DNA of 64,000 nt from an uncultured Candidatus Saccharibacteria bacterium (GTDB lineage: Bacteria > Patescibacteriota > Saccharimonadia > Saccharimonadales > SZUA-47), in the NCBI GenBank assembly GCA_964536485.1, contig CAZHXX010000003.1, positions 28,101 through 92,100 of the forward strand, written 5' to 3'. Positions 32,244 to 41,980 of this stretch are shown piece after piece (position 1 is the first letter of the stretch; each line of letters opens with the position of its first letter). Made by a program: the position numbers and the translations under genes. The notes below the pieces were generated by a model. That model was not told the origin of the DNA and searched no databases. It worked only from the letters and a program-made list of their open reading frames with translations.

Positions 32244-33538
32244 TACTCCGTGACTATATGAATCATTTGTCTTATTCTTCCCATGAGCTCATTTGTCTGC
32301 TCCTCGGATTCGCCGTATACGACGCCATCTACAATAAAGCTTCCGCCATTACCGCAAAATATCGCTTTATCTCCCGGTTTTGCATGTAAGGTAAGTCGAT
32401 GGATGCCTTTAAGTGAAGTTGCTTCTTCAAAACCATTTATCTCTTTGATGACTCCCTCGGTGTCAGCGTATATGTTTAGGACTGCACTGCTGTTCATTTT
32501 TGGCGAATAAACAGTAGGATGATGGCCGCACTTAACTAGTAACTCGTTCAAAGCATGATCAATATCATAAGAAAGGAGATACATATCCTGTCTGTATCCT
32601 CCTGCGCGCGGACCAAGTTCAATAATTTTCCAGCCACTAGGAGTGTCGAAGAGCTCTATGTGCGCAACGCTGTTTCGTAATCCTAGAGCATGTATAGACT
32701 GTGCGGCTACAAGATTGAGCGCTTCAATTTGGTCTTGAGAAAGGCCGTGCTCTGAAAGAATAGAGTAGCTGTAGTAGCCCTCAAGCCCAATTGACGCTGC
32801 TGTCACAACTTTTACGGGTGGAAGTATCCAGGTCTTGCCTGTATTATCAACATACGCATCTACCGAATACATATCTCCATTCATAAATTCCTCGATAAGT
32901 AACTTTGGCTCTCCGCGACCCCTAAATTTTCTATAAACTTGATTGATCTCAGAAAAAGAGTCGTTGATATTTGCCCGTAACTCAGCATAAGAATCAGCTC
33001 GTTTTACTAAAATTGAGGCCGCTAAGCCCGCAGGCTTAGTAATAAGTGGGTAATTTGCATTTTCATATTCACGGAGAGTGTCGTCTAGATTCTTAGATGT
33101 GATTAGCTTGGTTGTTGGCGAAATACTAGGAGAATAGCTATGAAGTAACTTTCTCATTAAATCTTTTTGTGTAGCCCAGAGGATAGAACTTTCTGTAGGT
33201 GTCATTATGCCGGAGAGATGGGGTATGAGCTTTCTGTAGTAGGGCTGGTTTCTTTCAGAGCTGGCATTTACCGCAAGGAGTTTATCGTGAAACGGCTTTA
33301 GAGCACGAGTTATTGATGCAGGGTTGCTATAGTCACAGACAACTTCTTCGAATACGCTAGTACTTGTAATGGCTTTGTGCATATTTTTGGCGTGCAAGTC
33401 TACATCAACGAGTATAATGCCTCTCAATGGGCGACCAAGTTTTTCAGAGAGCTTTTTTGTCGCCAGCTCAAACTCAATGTTATAGTCGTTTACGAACAAT
33501 ACTATGGAGCGGTTCACATCATCGGCAATGGTTTTCAT
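32243..33538 (-). CDS. ATP-grasp domain protein, tandem paralog
   Basis: 431 aa; PLITKPAGLAASILVKRA, EEFMNGDMYSVDAY, IIELGPRAGGYRQD; 1-nt overlap with the downstream paralog. Confidence 0.7.
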   Translation of the reverse strand: MKTIADDVNRSIVLFVNDYNIEFELATKKLSEKLGRPLRGIILVDVDLHAKNMHKAITSTSVFEEVVCDYSNPASITRALKPFHDKLLAVNASSERNQPYYRKLIPHLSGIMTPTESSILWATQKDLMRKLLHSYSPSISPTTKLITSKNLDDTLREYENANYPLITKPAGLAASILVKRADSYAELRANINDSFSEINQVYRKFRGRGEPKLLIEEFMNGDMYSVDAYVDNTGKTWILPPVKVVTAASIGLEGYYSYSILSEHGLSQDQIEALNLVAAQSIHALGLRNSVAHIELFDTPSGWKIIELGPRAGGYRQDMYLLSYDIDHALNELLVKCGHHPTVYSPKMNSSAVLNIYADTEGVIKEINGFEEATSLKGIHRLTLHAKPGDKAIFCGNGGSFIVDGVVYGESEEQTNELMGRIRQMIHIVTE

Positions 33539-33597
33539 GGCAATTCTTGTGGGGTTAGAGTACGGTGGAACCTTTTTGCAAATGCTTAGTTATTTCT

Positions 33598-33626
33598 ATA
33601 ATATCCTACCGTTTGTAATTTGTCAA
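33598..33626 (-). promoter_or_regulatory. candidate sigma70-type promoter of the ATP-grasp pair
   Basis: On the minus strand: TTGACA, 17-nt spacer, TATTAT, ~60 nt upstream of the ATG at 33538. Confidence 0.55.
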
Positions 33627-33771
33627 TAGTATCAACAGAGGTAGAAGATTTGATTTATTTTCAACTATGTGATAAATGTCACTAAAAACTATCTAACTCT
33701 CGATAATAGATATATACTAAACTCATAAACTAAGCAATACAACTTTGGGTGTGTTGCAACAGGAGGGTTCT

Positions 33772-34425
33772 ATGTTTAATAAACAGAAACTAAGTTTGGT
33801 GGTGGCAGAGTTCATGGGGACGGCTATGCTCGCAAGTGCCGTACTGGTAGTGAGCAATCTCTTTGCTCTAGGGACGGCTGCATGGTACGGTGCCCTGACT
33901 GCCGGCGTTGCGCTTTCGCTCATTGTTAGTGTGTTTGGATACGTCTCTGGTGCGCACGTTAACCCGGCGGTCACTATTGGATTGTGGACATTAAAGAAGA
34001 TTGAAACGACCAACGCGATTGTCTATATTGCTGCTCAAATGCTGGGTGGCGCGAGTGCTCTTTTGTTCTATAACTATGCGTCTGGAACAAACTTGGCGTC
34101 TGCGGGATCGAGTAGTTTTAGCTGGAGTGTTTTTTGGGTTGAGGCAGTCGGGGCTGCATTGTTTGGTATGGGAATTGCATCGGTGGTCGCACAGAAGCTT
34201 GAAGGCTATCATGCAGCATTTACCATTGGCCTTTCTTTGACGCTTGGGTCTTTGGTTGCCTCTACAGCATCTGCTGGCTTTTTAAACCCTGCTGTAGCAC
34301 TTGCTAATAATGCTTGGGACCGCACGCTTGCACTTGCACCGGTACTCGGAATGGTTGTGGGGATGAACATCTATATGGCGCTCGTTGCTCCATCAGTTGT
34401 GACGAAAAAATCTAAAAAACAGTAG
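33772..34425 (+). CDS. MIP-family channel (aquaporin/glycerol facilitator)
   Basis: Two NPA boxes (HVNPAVTIG, FLNPAVALA); start set to ATG 33772 behind AGGAGGG. Confidence 0.9.
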   Translation: MFNKQKLSLVVAEFMGTAMLASAVLVVSNLFALGTAAWYGALTAGVALSLIVSVFGYVSGAHVNPAVTIGLWTLKKIETTNAIVYIAAQMLGGASALLFYNYASGTNLASAGSSSFSWSVFWVEAVGAALFGMGIASVVAQKLEGYHAAFTIGLSLTLGSLVASTASAGFLNPAVALANNAWDRTLALAPVLGMVVGMNIYMALVAPSVVTKKSKKQ

Positions 34426-34450
34426 TTTTTCTTAACATAACACTGTAGCC

Positions 34451-34487
34451 AAACTGTCGTCTCCAAGAAAAGGCGACAGTTTTTTTA
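34451..34487 (+). terminator. rho-independent terminator after the aquaporin gene
   Basis: AAACTGTCGTC...GGCGACAGTTT hairpin followed by a T-run; overlaps the stop codon of the convergent gene. Confidence 0.7.
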
Positions 34488-35906
34488 TGGCTTTAGTGTC
34501 AGGGTGGCAGTATTGCTGAATATATCGCAACTGTCTGCTTCTTTATTGTAGCGACATACTGAGAAGCTGTAGGCTTTATTCTTGTTTAAGCCACTAATCG
34601 TTGTCGTAGTGGTGCCCGACGCAATGGCAGAACCGTGCGTATCATTCTTATAGACAAGTTCATCTGTTCCTTCATGATAGAGCACCTTGACCCCGTCTGG
34701 AGTAGTCATGCCAACAAGTCCCCATTCTAATACTGCCTTTCCATCCTGTTCTTTTACTGTAAGAGCTATACCCTGTTGCTGGAGCGCAACTTGCTTTTTG
34801 AAGGTGTAGCTCACGGTCGATTTGGTGATGTTTCCCACTTCGTCTTTGGCGACAAATTCAAATAATGAAGAGCCGGTAGGCGCGCTAAGAATGCCAGTAT
34901 CGAATGTCCCATCTGGCTGAACTACTACATCAACAGGAGTACTCCCGCTTGATGATTTTGATTGTACGGTGAGCGTTGCTTTTGCTTCTGTCTTTCCTTT
35001 TATACTTACCGCTCCAAGGCTTGAGTCTGAAGATACGTCTATAGTCGAGCCAGCAACCGGGTCGGTAATTTCTATCTTTGGCCCATCAAAATCTTTCAAA
35101 AAGCCTAAGCTTGATTTGAACTTTGCGTCTTGACCGTCTAGTTCCCTGTTCCAGGTAATGAAAGTGTTGTCTTTTAGTTTCTCAATGTCTAGTTTTACGA
35201 CTTTTCCTTCTAGCTCGGAGCTGGAAGCGGTATAGGCAGAAAGTCGCTCGCCCTCACGAACAGTTTTGTTTTTAATAGTTTCGCGAACGGTACTTTGATA
35301 GACTTCAACCGCTTCTTCGTCTCCGGAAACTATCGTTTGAAACGCTGTCCCAGATGATTCGTACTGTGCATTTTCGCTTACGACGTTGTACTTTCTTTCT
35401 GAATTGCTGACGATACGGTGATAAACATAGCCTGACTTTTGTTCGATAGTGAGCTGACTTTCGGCAAGACTTTTGAGACTAATTTCTGTGTTTGCATCGA
35501 GTCTTATTGCGGTGCCGTCTTCAAGCGTCAGGATGGTGCGTGAGCTGGCGCCTGTTGTGCGTACGCCCATACCGGTTTTAAGCGTTGCGTCTTGCTCGGC
35601 TTTTGACCATTCGCCACGTTCATCTTTGACCTCCACTACCCCTGTAATGTACGAAATTTTTGCAGGAATATCCTTTGTTTCTGCAGAAACATCTTCTGTT
35701 GACGAAAGGTCGGATGACGCCAGATTTTCTGCGTCTTTTGACGGGTGCAAGATAACGGCCATTGCCCCTACGAGGACTAGTATGGCAACCAAAATAGTAG
35801 CTAATTTCGTGTTGCGGTCCATAGTACGAAGACGTTTAGTTAAACGAGATACGAATGATCCATGCTTAGACATACTGTTGTTTTTACTCCCCTGTTGTTT
35901 CCTCAA
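34485..35906 (-). CDS. FecR-like domain protein with C-terminal Ig/Fn3-like repeats
   Basis: 473 aa; N-terminal TM; FecR-like GVVEVKDERGEWSKAEQDATLKTGMGVRTTGASSRTILTLEDGTAIRLDANTEISL. Confidence 0.6.
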   Translation of the reverse strand: MRKQQGSKNNSMSKHGSFVSRLTKRLRTMDRNTKLATILVAILVLVGAMAVILHPSKDAENLASSDLSSTEDVSAETKDIPAKISYITGVVEVKDERGEWSKAEQDATLKTGMGVRTTGASSRTILTLEDGTAIRLDANTEISLKSLAESQLTIEQKSGYVYHRIVSNSERKYNVVSENAQYESSGTAFQTIVSGDEEAVEVYQSTVRETIKNKTVREGERLSAYTASSSELEGKVVKLDIEKLKDNTFITWNRELDGQDAKFKSSLGFLKDFDGPKIEITDPVAGSTIDVSSDSSLGAVSIKGKTEAKATLTVQSKSSSGSTPVDVVVQPDGTFDTGILSAPTGSSLFEFVAKDEVGNITKSTVSYTFKKQVALQQQGIALTVKEQDGKAVLEWGLVGMTTPDGVKVLYHEGTDELVYKNDTHGSAIASGTTTTTISGLNKNKAYSFSVCRYNKEADSCDIFSNTATLTLKP

Positions 35907-36099
35907 ACTCTAGGTAGTATAGCGTGAAAACGAGTTGAGCGCTAGCATTCTTCGTGACGCGCGGTAAATGGCGTAGCGCACATGCTTAAAAACACTAAAT
36001 GTGTGTTAAATGTTGTAAAAACTACTTTGCTAAATATCACATTTATGGTCATTTTAACAGAGGTGAAAAAAAGGCAAACATGCCTTGTGGGCTAATAGC

Positions 36100-36129
36100 T
36101 TGACAAATAGAGGGCTTGGTTTGTAGGAT
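36100..36129 (+). promoter_or_regulatory. candidate promoter with ~130-nt leader upstream of the LysM-CHAP gene
   Basis: TTGACA (36100-36105), 18-nt spacer, TAGGAT (36124-36129). Confidence 0.4.
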
Positions 36130-36263
36130 GTTGGGACTGCATCTTAAGGGTTTGAATTAGAAACACAATGCCCATGTGAGTGGAGATAGCAGACCGACTG
36201 TTCGGCGCACATGCGAGAGTGGCGAACTGTCGTAATCAATAAAGAAAAGGAGACAATTTATTT

Positions 36264-37082
36264 ATGCGTATAGCCGTTTTGACGGGTCTATTTGCATGTA
36301 CCCTTATTTTGTCGCTTAGTACCGCTACTGCGAGTGCTCAGACGGCAGAAAGTGCAACACAAACAGAAGTGACACAGGAGAATAATCAATTACGACAGTC
36401 TGTCGTTGATATCCTCTCTGCAGGAGGTGAGCAAACTATATTAAAGGTTCTCACCAGCGAGGAAGTGGTAGCTCAGAACGAACAAGAAAACCCACCAACT
36501 CCGGTTGAAATAAAACACGTTGTTACAGAGAACGAAACGCTATCAGATATAGCAAAAAAATATACTACAGAATGGAAGCGGATTTACGATAAGAACCAGT
36601 CTATAGCTGACCCCGACCTACTAACTGTGGGGATGGAGTTAGTTATCCCTGGAGCTGAGGAAGTACTGACGCCACGCGAACTTCCGGTGCCTGTGCAGGC
36701 TCCTGTAGAGCCTGCTCCGGTAGTGAAGACAGCGAAAAAAACACCTGTTAGCGCTCCAGCGCCAGTTGTGCGTCCACAGGTGAGCTCTGCGGGCAATGGC
36801 TATGTTGCTGGCTACTGTACCTGGTATGTCAAAAATAAACGCCCTGATTTGCCTAATAATCTTGGGAACGCCATAAGCTGGGTGTCTCGTGCTGCGGCAC
36901 AAGGCTTTGCTACCGGCTCAACACCAAAAGTTGGTGCCGTCGGACAGCATGGTAACCATGTGGTCTATGTAGAGAGCGTCAACGATGATGGGACAGTCAC
37001 TATAAGTGAGATGAACCACAAAGGACTGTATGTTCAGACCACACGAACGCTCCCTGCAAGCTACTTTAGCTATATTTACTAG
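36264..37082 (+). CDS. secreted LysM + CHAP peptidoglycan hydrolase
   Basis: Signal peptide; LysM (HVVTENETLSDIAKKY...LLTVGMELVIPG); Pro/Ala/Val linker; CHAP Cys (GYCTWYV) and His (GNHVVYVESV). Confidence 0.8.
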   Translation: MRIAVLTGLFACTLILSLSTATASAQTAESATQTEVTQENNQLRQSVVDILSAGGEQTILKVLTSEEVVAQNEQENPPTPVEIKHVVTENETLSDIAKKYTTEWKRIYDKNQSIADPDLLTVGMELVIPGAEEVLTPRELPVPVQAPVEPAPVVKTAKKTPVSAPAPVVRPQVSSAGNGYVAGYCTWYVKNKRPDLPNNLGNAISWVSRAAAQGFATGSTPKVGAVGQHGNHVVYVESVNDDGTVTISEMNHKGLYVQTTRTLPASYFSYIY

Positions 37083-37104
37083 AAGCTTACTTTAGCCCTT
37101 GAGA

Positions 37105-37602
37105 CTAATTCTTGAGCTTGATATGTCGCCATATTAAACCGTCGAGAACGAGATGGCTAAAATAGCCAGCCACTGCGGCGCCGTAGTAAACAGAAGCGAT
37201 GGGCAATATTTTGTCATTATATAAGTAGGGCAAAACGAGAATGGGCAATGGAACGATGAGCATTGCCCATTTTTTGTGTGTCCAGCCACGATGTTTCCCG
37301 ACTACTGGCAACATGGCTATTAAGCCAAGGTAGGCTGCCGCTTGGATTTTGTCTGTTGCAAGCAAAAGAATGTCGAGCGGAAAAATAATAGCGAAAAATA
37401 AGTCCTGAGCTTTGCTGTTCGTGTCTACATCTGGAAAGAGTCCAAAGAGCATAGCGATAACAAACAATGCAACGCTGGCTTGCCAGTTCTGTAGTAACCC
37501 GGCTGACTCGGCAAGTTGTTGAACGGGTATATAAGCAATGGCTAGATAAAAAAGCGCTCCGAATATAACGCCACCCGCAACATGTCCTTTGTAATTTGCC
37601 AT
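37105..37602 (-). CDS. membrane-bound metal-dependent hydrolase-like protein (DUF457/YdjM-like)
   Basis: 165 aa; N-terminal YKGHVAGG, multiple TMs. Confidence 0.6.
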   Translation of the reverse strand: MANYKGHVAGGVIFGALFYLAIAYIPVQQLAESAGLLQNWQASVALFVIAMLFGLFPDVDTNSKAQDLFFAIIFPLDILLLATDKIQAAAYLGLIAMLPVVGKHRGWTHKKWAMLIVPLPILVLPYLYNDKILPIASVYYGAAVAGYFSHLVLDGLIWRHIKLKN

Positions 37603-37675
37603 AAGTGTATTGTAGCGTCTATGTTACGAATCTGCACTAGTATTAAGAACTAGAACGTGCAAGAAGAAGTGTATG

Positions 37676-37936
37676 TCAAACAGCGTATTTTTTACGGACG
37701 AGGTCTTTGTTTATGCCGTTAGTGAGATTTGTGAAGCCAAGTTGTTTTAAGTAGTGCATTGAGGCGTTTGAACGTGCTCCAGATAAGCAGTACAGTACTA
37801 ATTCGGTGTCTTTTGGTACGTCATTTAGCTTGCTAGCACCGGCCATTATGTCGCTTGGTGGGATGTTGAGCGCGCCTTCAACGTGGTCGCGTTGATATTC
37901 TTCTGGTTGTCTTACGTCAATAAATAATCGTTTCAT
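37676..37936 (-). CDS. rhodanese-like domain protein
   Basis: 86 aa; active-site loop LYCLSGARS. Confidence 0.8.
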   Translation of the reverse strand: MKRLFIDVRQPEEYQRDHVEGALNIPPSDIMAGASKLNDVPKDTELVLYCLSGARSNASMHYLKQLGFTNLTNGINKDLVRKKYAV

Positions 37937-37995
37937 ATATCTAGTATAAAGCCCTTGCTCTGCTCAAAAGTTAAAAAATTGAAGGCTTTTCTGCT

Positions 37996-39012
37996 ATGAT
38001 AGCTTCTATGCTCCATATTTTTTCTTCTCTTGAACAAGCGGCGGTGCACAGTTACCACGTTCCGTGGGGGCTTTATGTGTTGGTTGCGCTTGCGCTTGTT
38101 GGTTATGCACTGATTGAGTACAAGCACACAAAACACGACCATACAATTTCATTTAATGAAGCTGTTAAGTGGTCGGTGTTTTACATTTCTATAGCCCTGC
38201 TCTTTTCTATCCCAATTTTTGTGTATATTAGCCCACAAGCAGGTGGAGAGTATTTGGCAGCTTGGGCAATAGAAAAAGCATTGAGTCTGGATAATCTGTT
38301 TGTGATTGGACTTATATTTTCGAGCTTTAAGGTCGCACCTTCCCTTGAGCGACGTATGTTGAACTACGGAATTGCTGGAGCAATCGTGTTTCGTCTTATA
38401 TTCATTTTGGCTGGGCTTGAGCTGTTGAAGCGATTTGAATGGATAAGTATATTCTTTGGACTCATTTTGATGCGCGCAGCCTGGAAAGCTTTCCAAGAAG
38501 CCCGTGGTGGACATGAGATTGAAGAAGAAGTAGAAATGACTGACAAAAAAATGTGGCAGGTTATGACAAAAATTTTGCCAATACATCATGCCTTTGATGG
38601 GCATAAGCTTACGACAAAGGTCAATGGTAAGCGAATGTTGACGCTCATGGCGGCAGTTATTATCCTAATCGAATTAACGGACGTAATTTTTGCTGTAGAC
38701 AGCGTGCCGGCAGTTTTGGCAGTGAGTCCAGACCGGTTTATCGCCTACTCAAGTAATGTCTTTGCCCTGCTGGGCTTACGTGCACTATTCTTTGTGTATC
38801 AATCTGTTGCGAGTAAATTTTGGGCGCTTGCGTGGGGGCTCTCTGGCATATTAGCCTGGATAAGCTTTAAGATGATTGCAGCGCCACTCGGTCTTCATGT
38901 GCCAGTTAGTATTAGCCTTGCTGTACTTGCGCTTTTGCTTGGTGGCAGTGTCTATGTTTCGCTTAAATGGCCACATCGCTTTAGGCGCCAGACGATCCAT
39001 ATCGACAACTAG
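37996..39012 (+). CDS. TerC-family integral membrane protein
   Basis: 338 aa; EKALSLDNLFV and ELTDVIFAVDSVPA are TerC signatures. Confidence 0.85.
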   Translation: MIASMLHIFSSLEQAAVHSYHVPWGLYVLVALALVGYALIEYKHTKHDHTISFNEAVKWSVFYISIALLFSIPIFVYISPQAGGEYLAAWAIEKALSLDNLFVIGLIFSSFKVAPSLERRMLNYGIAGAIVFRLIFILAGLELLKRFEWISIFFGLILMRAAWKAFQEARGGHEIEEEVEMTDKKMWQVMTKILPIHHAFDGHKLTTKVNGKRMLTLMAAVIILIELTDVIFAVDSVPAVLAVSPDRFIAYSSNVFALLGLRALFFVYQSVASKFWALAWGLSGILAWISFKMIAAPLGLHVPVSISLAVLALLLGGSVYVSLKWPHRFRRQTIHIDN

Positions 39013-39015
39013 TTT

Positions 39016-39426
39016 TTAAAGTGTCGTCACTATACTAAAAAGCCGTAACGTATAGCCAAGTCTTGGGTTTTGGCCGACAATTGGAAATGTATCTTGTTCT
39101 TCGGGAATACGCACTATGTCAACAGGGTCATTTGCCACGAGGAGTTTGGGCTTTCTCCCTGGCATCCTCGAAGGCCCAGGTGTATCTAAGTAGGTTGGGT
39201 GTAAGGCTACCTCTGCCCCACCCGAAGCTGTTTTGCTCAACATATACCTGAAGCTTTGGTTCGCAAGTGTTTCAGGAGTTATGTCGGTTGGCTTTAGGCC
39301 AAATTCGTTTGTGCCATACTGGTTTGCTATCAGCAAACTATAGAGTTCCTGGGCGTTGGCGACAATCGTACTATCGGGGATAAGTATGCCCTCAGGATTT
39401 TTTGCGTACATATAGAGCGTATTCAT
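39016..39426 (-). CDS. hypothetical protein
   Basis: Start trimmed to MNTLYMY (ATG 15 nt after the upstream gene's stop), which removes the 43-nt overlap in the ORF track. Confidence 0.45.
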   Translation of the reverse strand: MNTLYMYAKNPEGILIPDSTIVANAQELYSLLIANQYGTNEFGLKPTDITPETLANQSFRYMLSKTASGGAEVALHPTYLDTPGPSRMPGRKPKLLVANDPVDIVRIPEEQDTFPIVGQNPRLGYTLRLFSIVTTL

Positions 39427-39440
39427 CGATTCAGAAAACC

Positions 39441-40031
39441 TTACACCGTAGGAGGAACTAGGCGGAATGTCGCCTCTGGCCAATTGTTCATGTCTATTTT
39501 ATCAAGGAACAACCTCCCGTAAATTGCTATTTCAGCATCATCTGGTATGACAATATCAGCTTGCTCGATAACTGAGAGCTTTGCCTCATTGTCTCTGATG
39601 ATTTGCTTTGCCGCATCTGGAGTCAGGCTGTCATCAAACAAGGGTGTGCTACTGTAATGAGCGTGTCGTGGAGCGATTCGTTCGACAGCATCAATGACTC
39701 GAGTATCTTCAACTGCGGCATACACCACTTCTACCCCTAAAATTTCGGGGTCATTCAACGTATGAAAAACACTTTGTAGAAATATGCCAGCATTATTTTG
39801 TTTACGCGCCCCAAGCTCCGGGGCAGGATCAATAAAAAGCCGTTCAATCGAAGCCTCTGGATAAACGGTTTGGCCCGCTTTGTTTGTTGTGGGGATTGCA
39901 AAGCCATGCAACTCTCCAATCTGACGGCTTCTTTCGTCAAGCAGAAGACCCATGAAATCCATGCGTCCAGGGCCCTGAAGGATATCGCTTTGTTGGCAGG
40001 CATATAGTGAAGTTCGCGGCATAAGAAACAT
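39441..40031 (-). CDS. hypothetical protein
   Basis: 196-aa ORF, no motif recognised. Confidence 0.45.
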   Translation of the reverse strand: MFLMPRTSLYACQQSDILQGPGRMDFMGLLLDERSRQIGELHGFAIPTTNKAGQTVYPEASIERLFIDPAPELGARKQNNAGIFLQSVFHTLNDPEILGVEVVYAAVEDTRVIDAVERIAPRHAHYSSTPLFDDSLTPDAAKQIIRDNEAKLSVIEQADIVIPDDAEIAIYGRLFLDKIDMNNWPEATFRLVPPTV

Positions 40032-40170
40032 ATTATACTATAAAAATAATAAAAAAGCTAAAAATTTCAGATTGCTCTGCTCTTTTGCTTATTTAAATAA
40101 GCATAAGCGAAAAGTGCTTGCGCTTGAACAGCGCTAGGCGTATAACGAGAGTAAGGAGAAAAATATAAAA

Positions 40171-40569
40171 ATGCCTGGATATTCAGCAAAGACAATTGAG
40201 CGATTGCATACACTAATTTCAGAACAACACCTAATAACACGAGCTCATATGAATAGCCTTAACCCGCCCCGCTCTCTTACCAGGGAAGAAGTCGAAGCTA
40301 TAGTGTCCGTAAACTTTAAACATCACGTACTCGCTTTACTTAATCGAGCGCATGCCGAAGCTCATTCACTTGAAGGTAGACTTGGTTACGACGTGATAAA
40401 CGAGCGATACGACCGGATACTGCGAGGACTAGGGTTTTGCGCGTATGAACAAGAACCTGAAGTGCCTGGATACCCAACGATCTTGCCGGCAGACGTTGCT
40501 ATGTTGCATTTGCAACAAGATGCTCATAGTCCCGATACTCAACCAGCTTTTGCTGTAGAAACAGCTTAA
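40171..40569 (+). CDS. hypothetical protein
   Basis: 132-aa ORF preceded by AAGGAGAA. Confidence 0.5.
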   Translation: MPGYSAKTIERLHTLISEQHLITRAHMNSLNPPRSLTREEVEAIVSVNFKHHVLALLNRAHAEAHSLEGRLGYDVINERYDRILRGLGFCAYEQEPEVPGYPTILPADVAMLHLQQDAHSPDTQPAFAVETA

Positions 40570-40586
40570 CTTCTAAAGTATGGCTA

Positions 40587-41240
40587 TTAGAAATGGAGGC
40601 GGAATGTCTCGAGAATTTTATCTCGGTAGTCTGCTTTAACGCCGTCAAGATTGGTAGCGGTGAGCAACATCACGACGTTGCCCTTTCGTACGTATAGTTG
40701 TTCTACTTTATTATTGCCACTCTCAGAAGCTTTCTTTGAAACGCTAAAAAATGCTTCGTCGCCAACATTTTGTTGTTCGTCTTGCACGAAGTAAACTTGA
40801 CCGTCAATTTCTGCTCCGTCTCGTACATTCGCAATGTCACTTTTTGCTTTTTCTTCTGACATAAACTCACGATACTCTACGCTGAAGGTGAGCCCAAGAC
40901 CACTGTCTGTCTCGTTGTAGTTACAGTTGTAGAGTTTTCCGTCGTCACTTGTGCTTATAACGGTGCCATTGTCAGTATCTACAATTGGAACTCCCCATAC
41001 TCCTGTAATCTCTTCAGTCGTATAGAAAGAGCAGTCTGCCTCTGCCCCGACGCTTTGATCTGGTAAGCCTAGATCTGCAAGTTTTGCAGTGCTGTCTTCC
41101 GTGTTTGTGGTTTTTGTCTCTGATTCGGTTGTTGATTGTGTTTTTGTCTCTGCGGAGTTGTCATCTTTTTTTGTCAGAAGATATGCTCCAGCGCCTGCAA
41201 CAACTACGACTACTGAGATTATAAGAACTTTGATTTTCAT
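40587..41240 (-). CDS. secreted/anchored hypothetical protein
   Basis: 217 aa; N-terminal TM, Thr/Glu/Ser-rich linker; same architecture as the 18854-19549 product. Confidence 0.55.
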   Translation of the reverse strand: MKIKVLIISVVVVVAGAGAYLLTKKDDNSAETKTQSTTESETKTTNTEDSTAKLADLGLPDQSVGAEADCSFYTTEEITGVWGVPIVDTDNGTVISTSDDGKLYNCNYNETDSGLGLTFSVEYREFMSEEKAKSDIANVRDGAEIDGQVYFVQDEQQNVGDEAFFSVSKKASESGNNKVEQLYVRKGNVVMLLTATNLDGVKADYRDKILETFRLHF

Positions 41241-41372
41241 AAACTAAAATGCCCTCTCTTACTTTATCCAGATTATACGATAATCATCTGAAACTTTGAA
41301 CTCTTCAATGAAAAGTATTGCGCAGTAATTTTTTGATTAGTTGCCAGTAGCAAATACGGTAGAATAGAACTA

Positions 41373-41909
41373 ATGAAATACGTCGCCCTTCTCCGCGGGA
41401 TAAATGTAGGTGGTAAGAGTCGAGTAGAAATGTCTCGGCTAAAAAAAGTATTTGAAGTGGTTGGTTGTGAGCATGTTACGACCTATATAAATTCTGGAAA
41501 TGTTCTTTTTAGCGATATAAGAAACACGCAAGTCCTATGTAAACTAATTGAGCAAGCTATCGAAAAAGAATTTGGGTTTTTTGTGCCGGTTGTTTTGCGT
41601 AGCGCTACAGATATAGTAAACCTTTGTGCATCAATCCCTGTGACTTGGACAAATGATACAGTGCAAAGAACTGATGTCATGTTCTTGTGGGATGAGGTTG
41701 ATTCGCCAGATATTCTCAGTAAGATTGCTCATAAACCGGACATAGAAAATGTCCTGTATCTTCCCGGTGCTCTTGTGTGGAATATTTGCCGCGAGAATGT
41801 GACGAGAGGCAGCGGTATCAAGCTTATTAACTCTGACGTTTATAAATACATGACCGTTCGCAATATCAACACGGTGCGAAAACTTCAGATACTCATTGAA
41901 CAAAAATAA
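41373..41909 (+). CDS. DUF1697 domain protein
   Basis: MKYVALLRGINVGGKSRVEMSRLK is the characteristic DUF1697 N-terminus. Confidence 0.75.
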   Translation: MKYVALLRGINVGGKSRVEMSRLKKVFEVVGCEHVTTYINSGNVLFSDIRNTQVLCKLIEQAIEKEFGFFVPVVLRSATDIVNLCASIPVTWTNDTVQRTDVMFLWDEVDSPDILSKIAHKPDIENVLYLPGALVWNICRENVTRGSGIKLINSDVYKYMTVRNINTVRKLQILIEQK

Positions 41910-41980
41910 CAGCCTTATCTTAAGACGGAGCATCTTGCTAAAGCTTGTGTTTACGCTTCTCTTTATTTAAGCTTGTGAAG

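Noticed and set aside
37937-37995. Looked for a yybP-ykoY (Mn) riboswitch upstream of the TerC-family gene
   Set aside because: Only 59 nt are available and no matching structure is present.
38149-38604. 151-aa ORF antisense to the TerC gene
   Set aside because: It is a shadow frame of a strongly supported membrane-protein gene.
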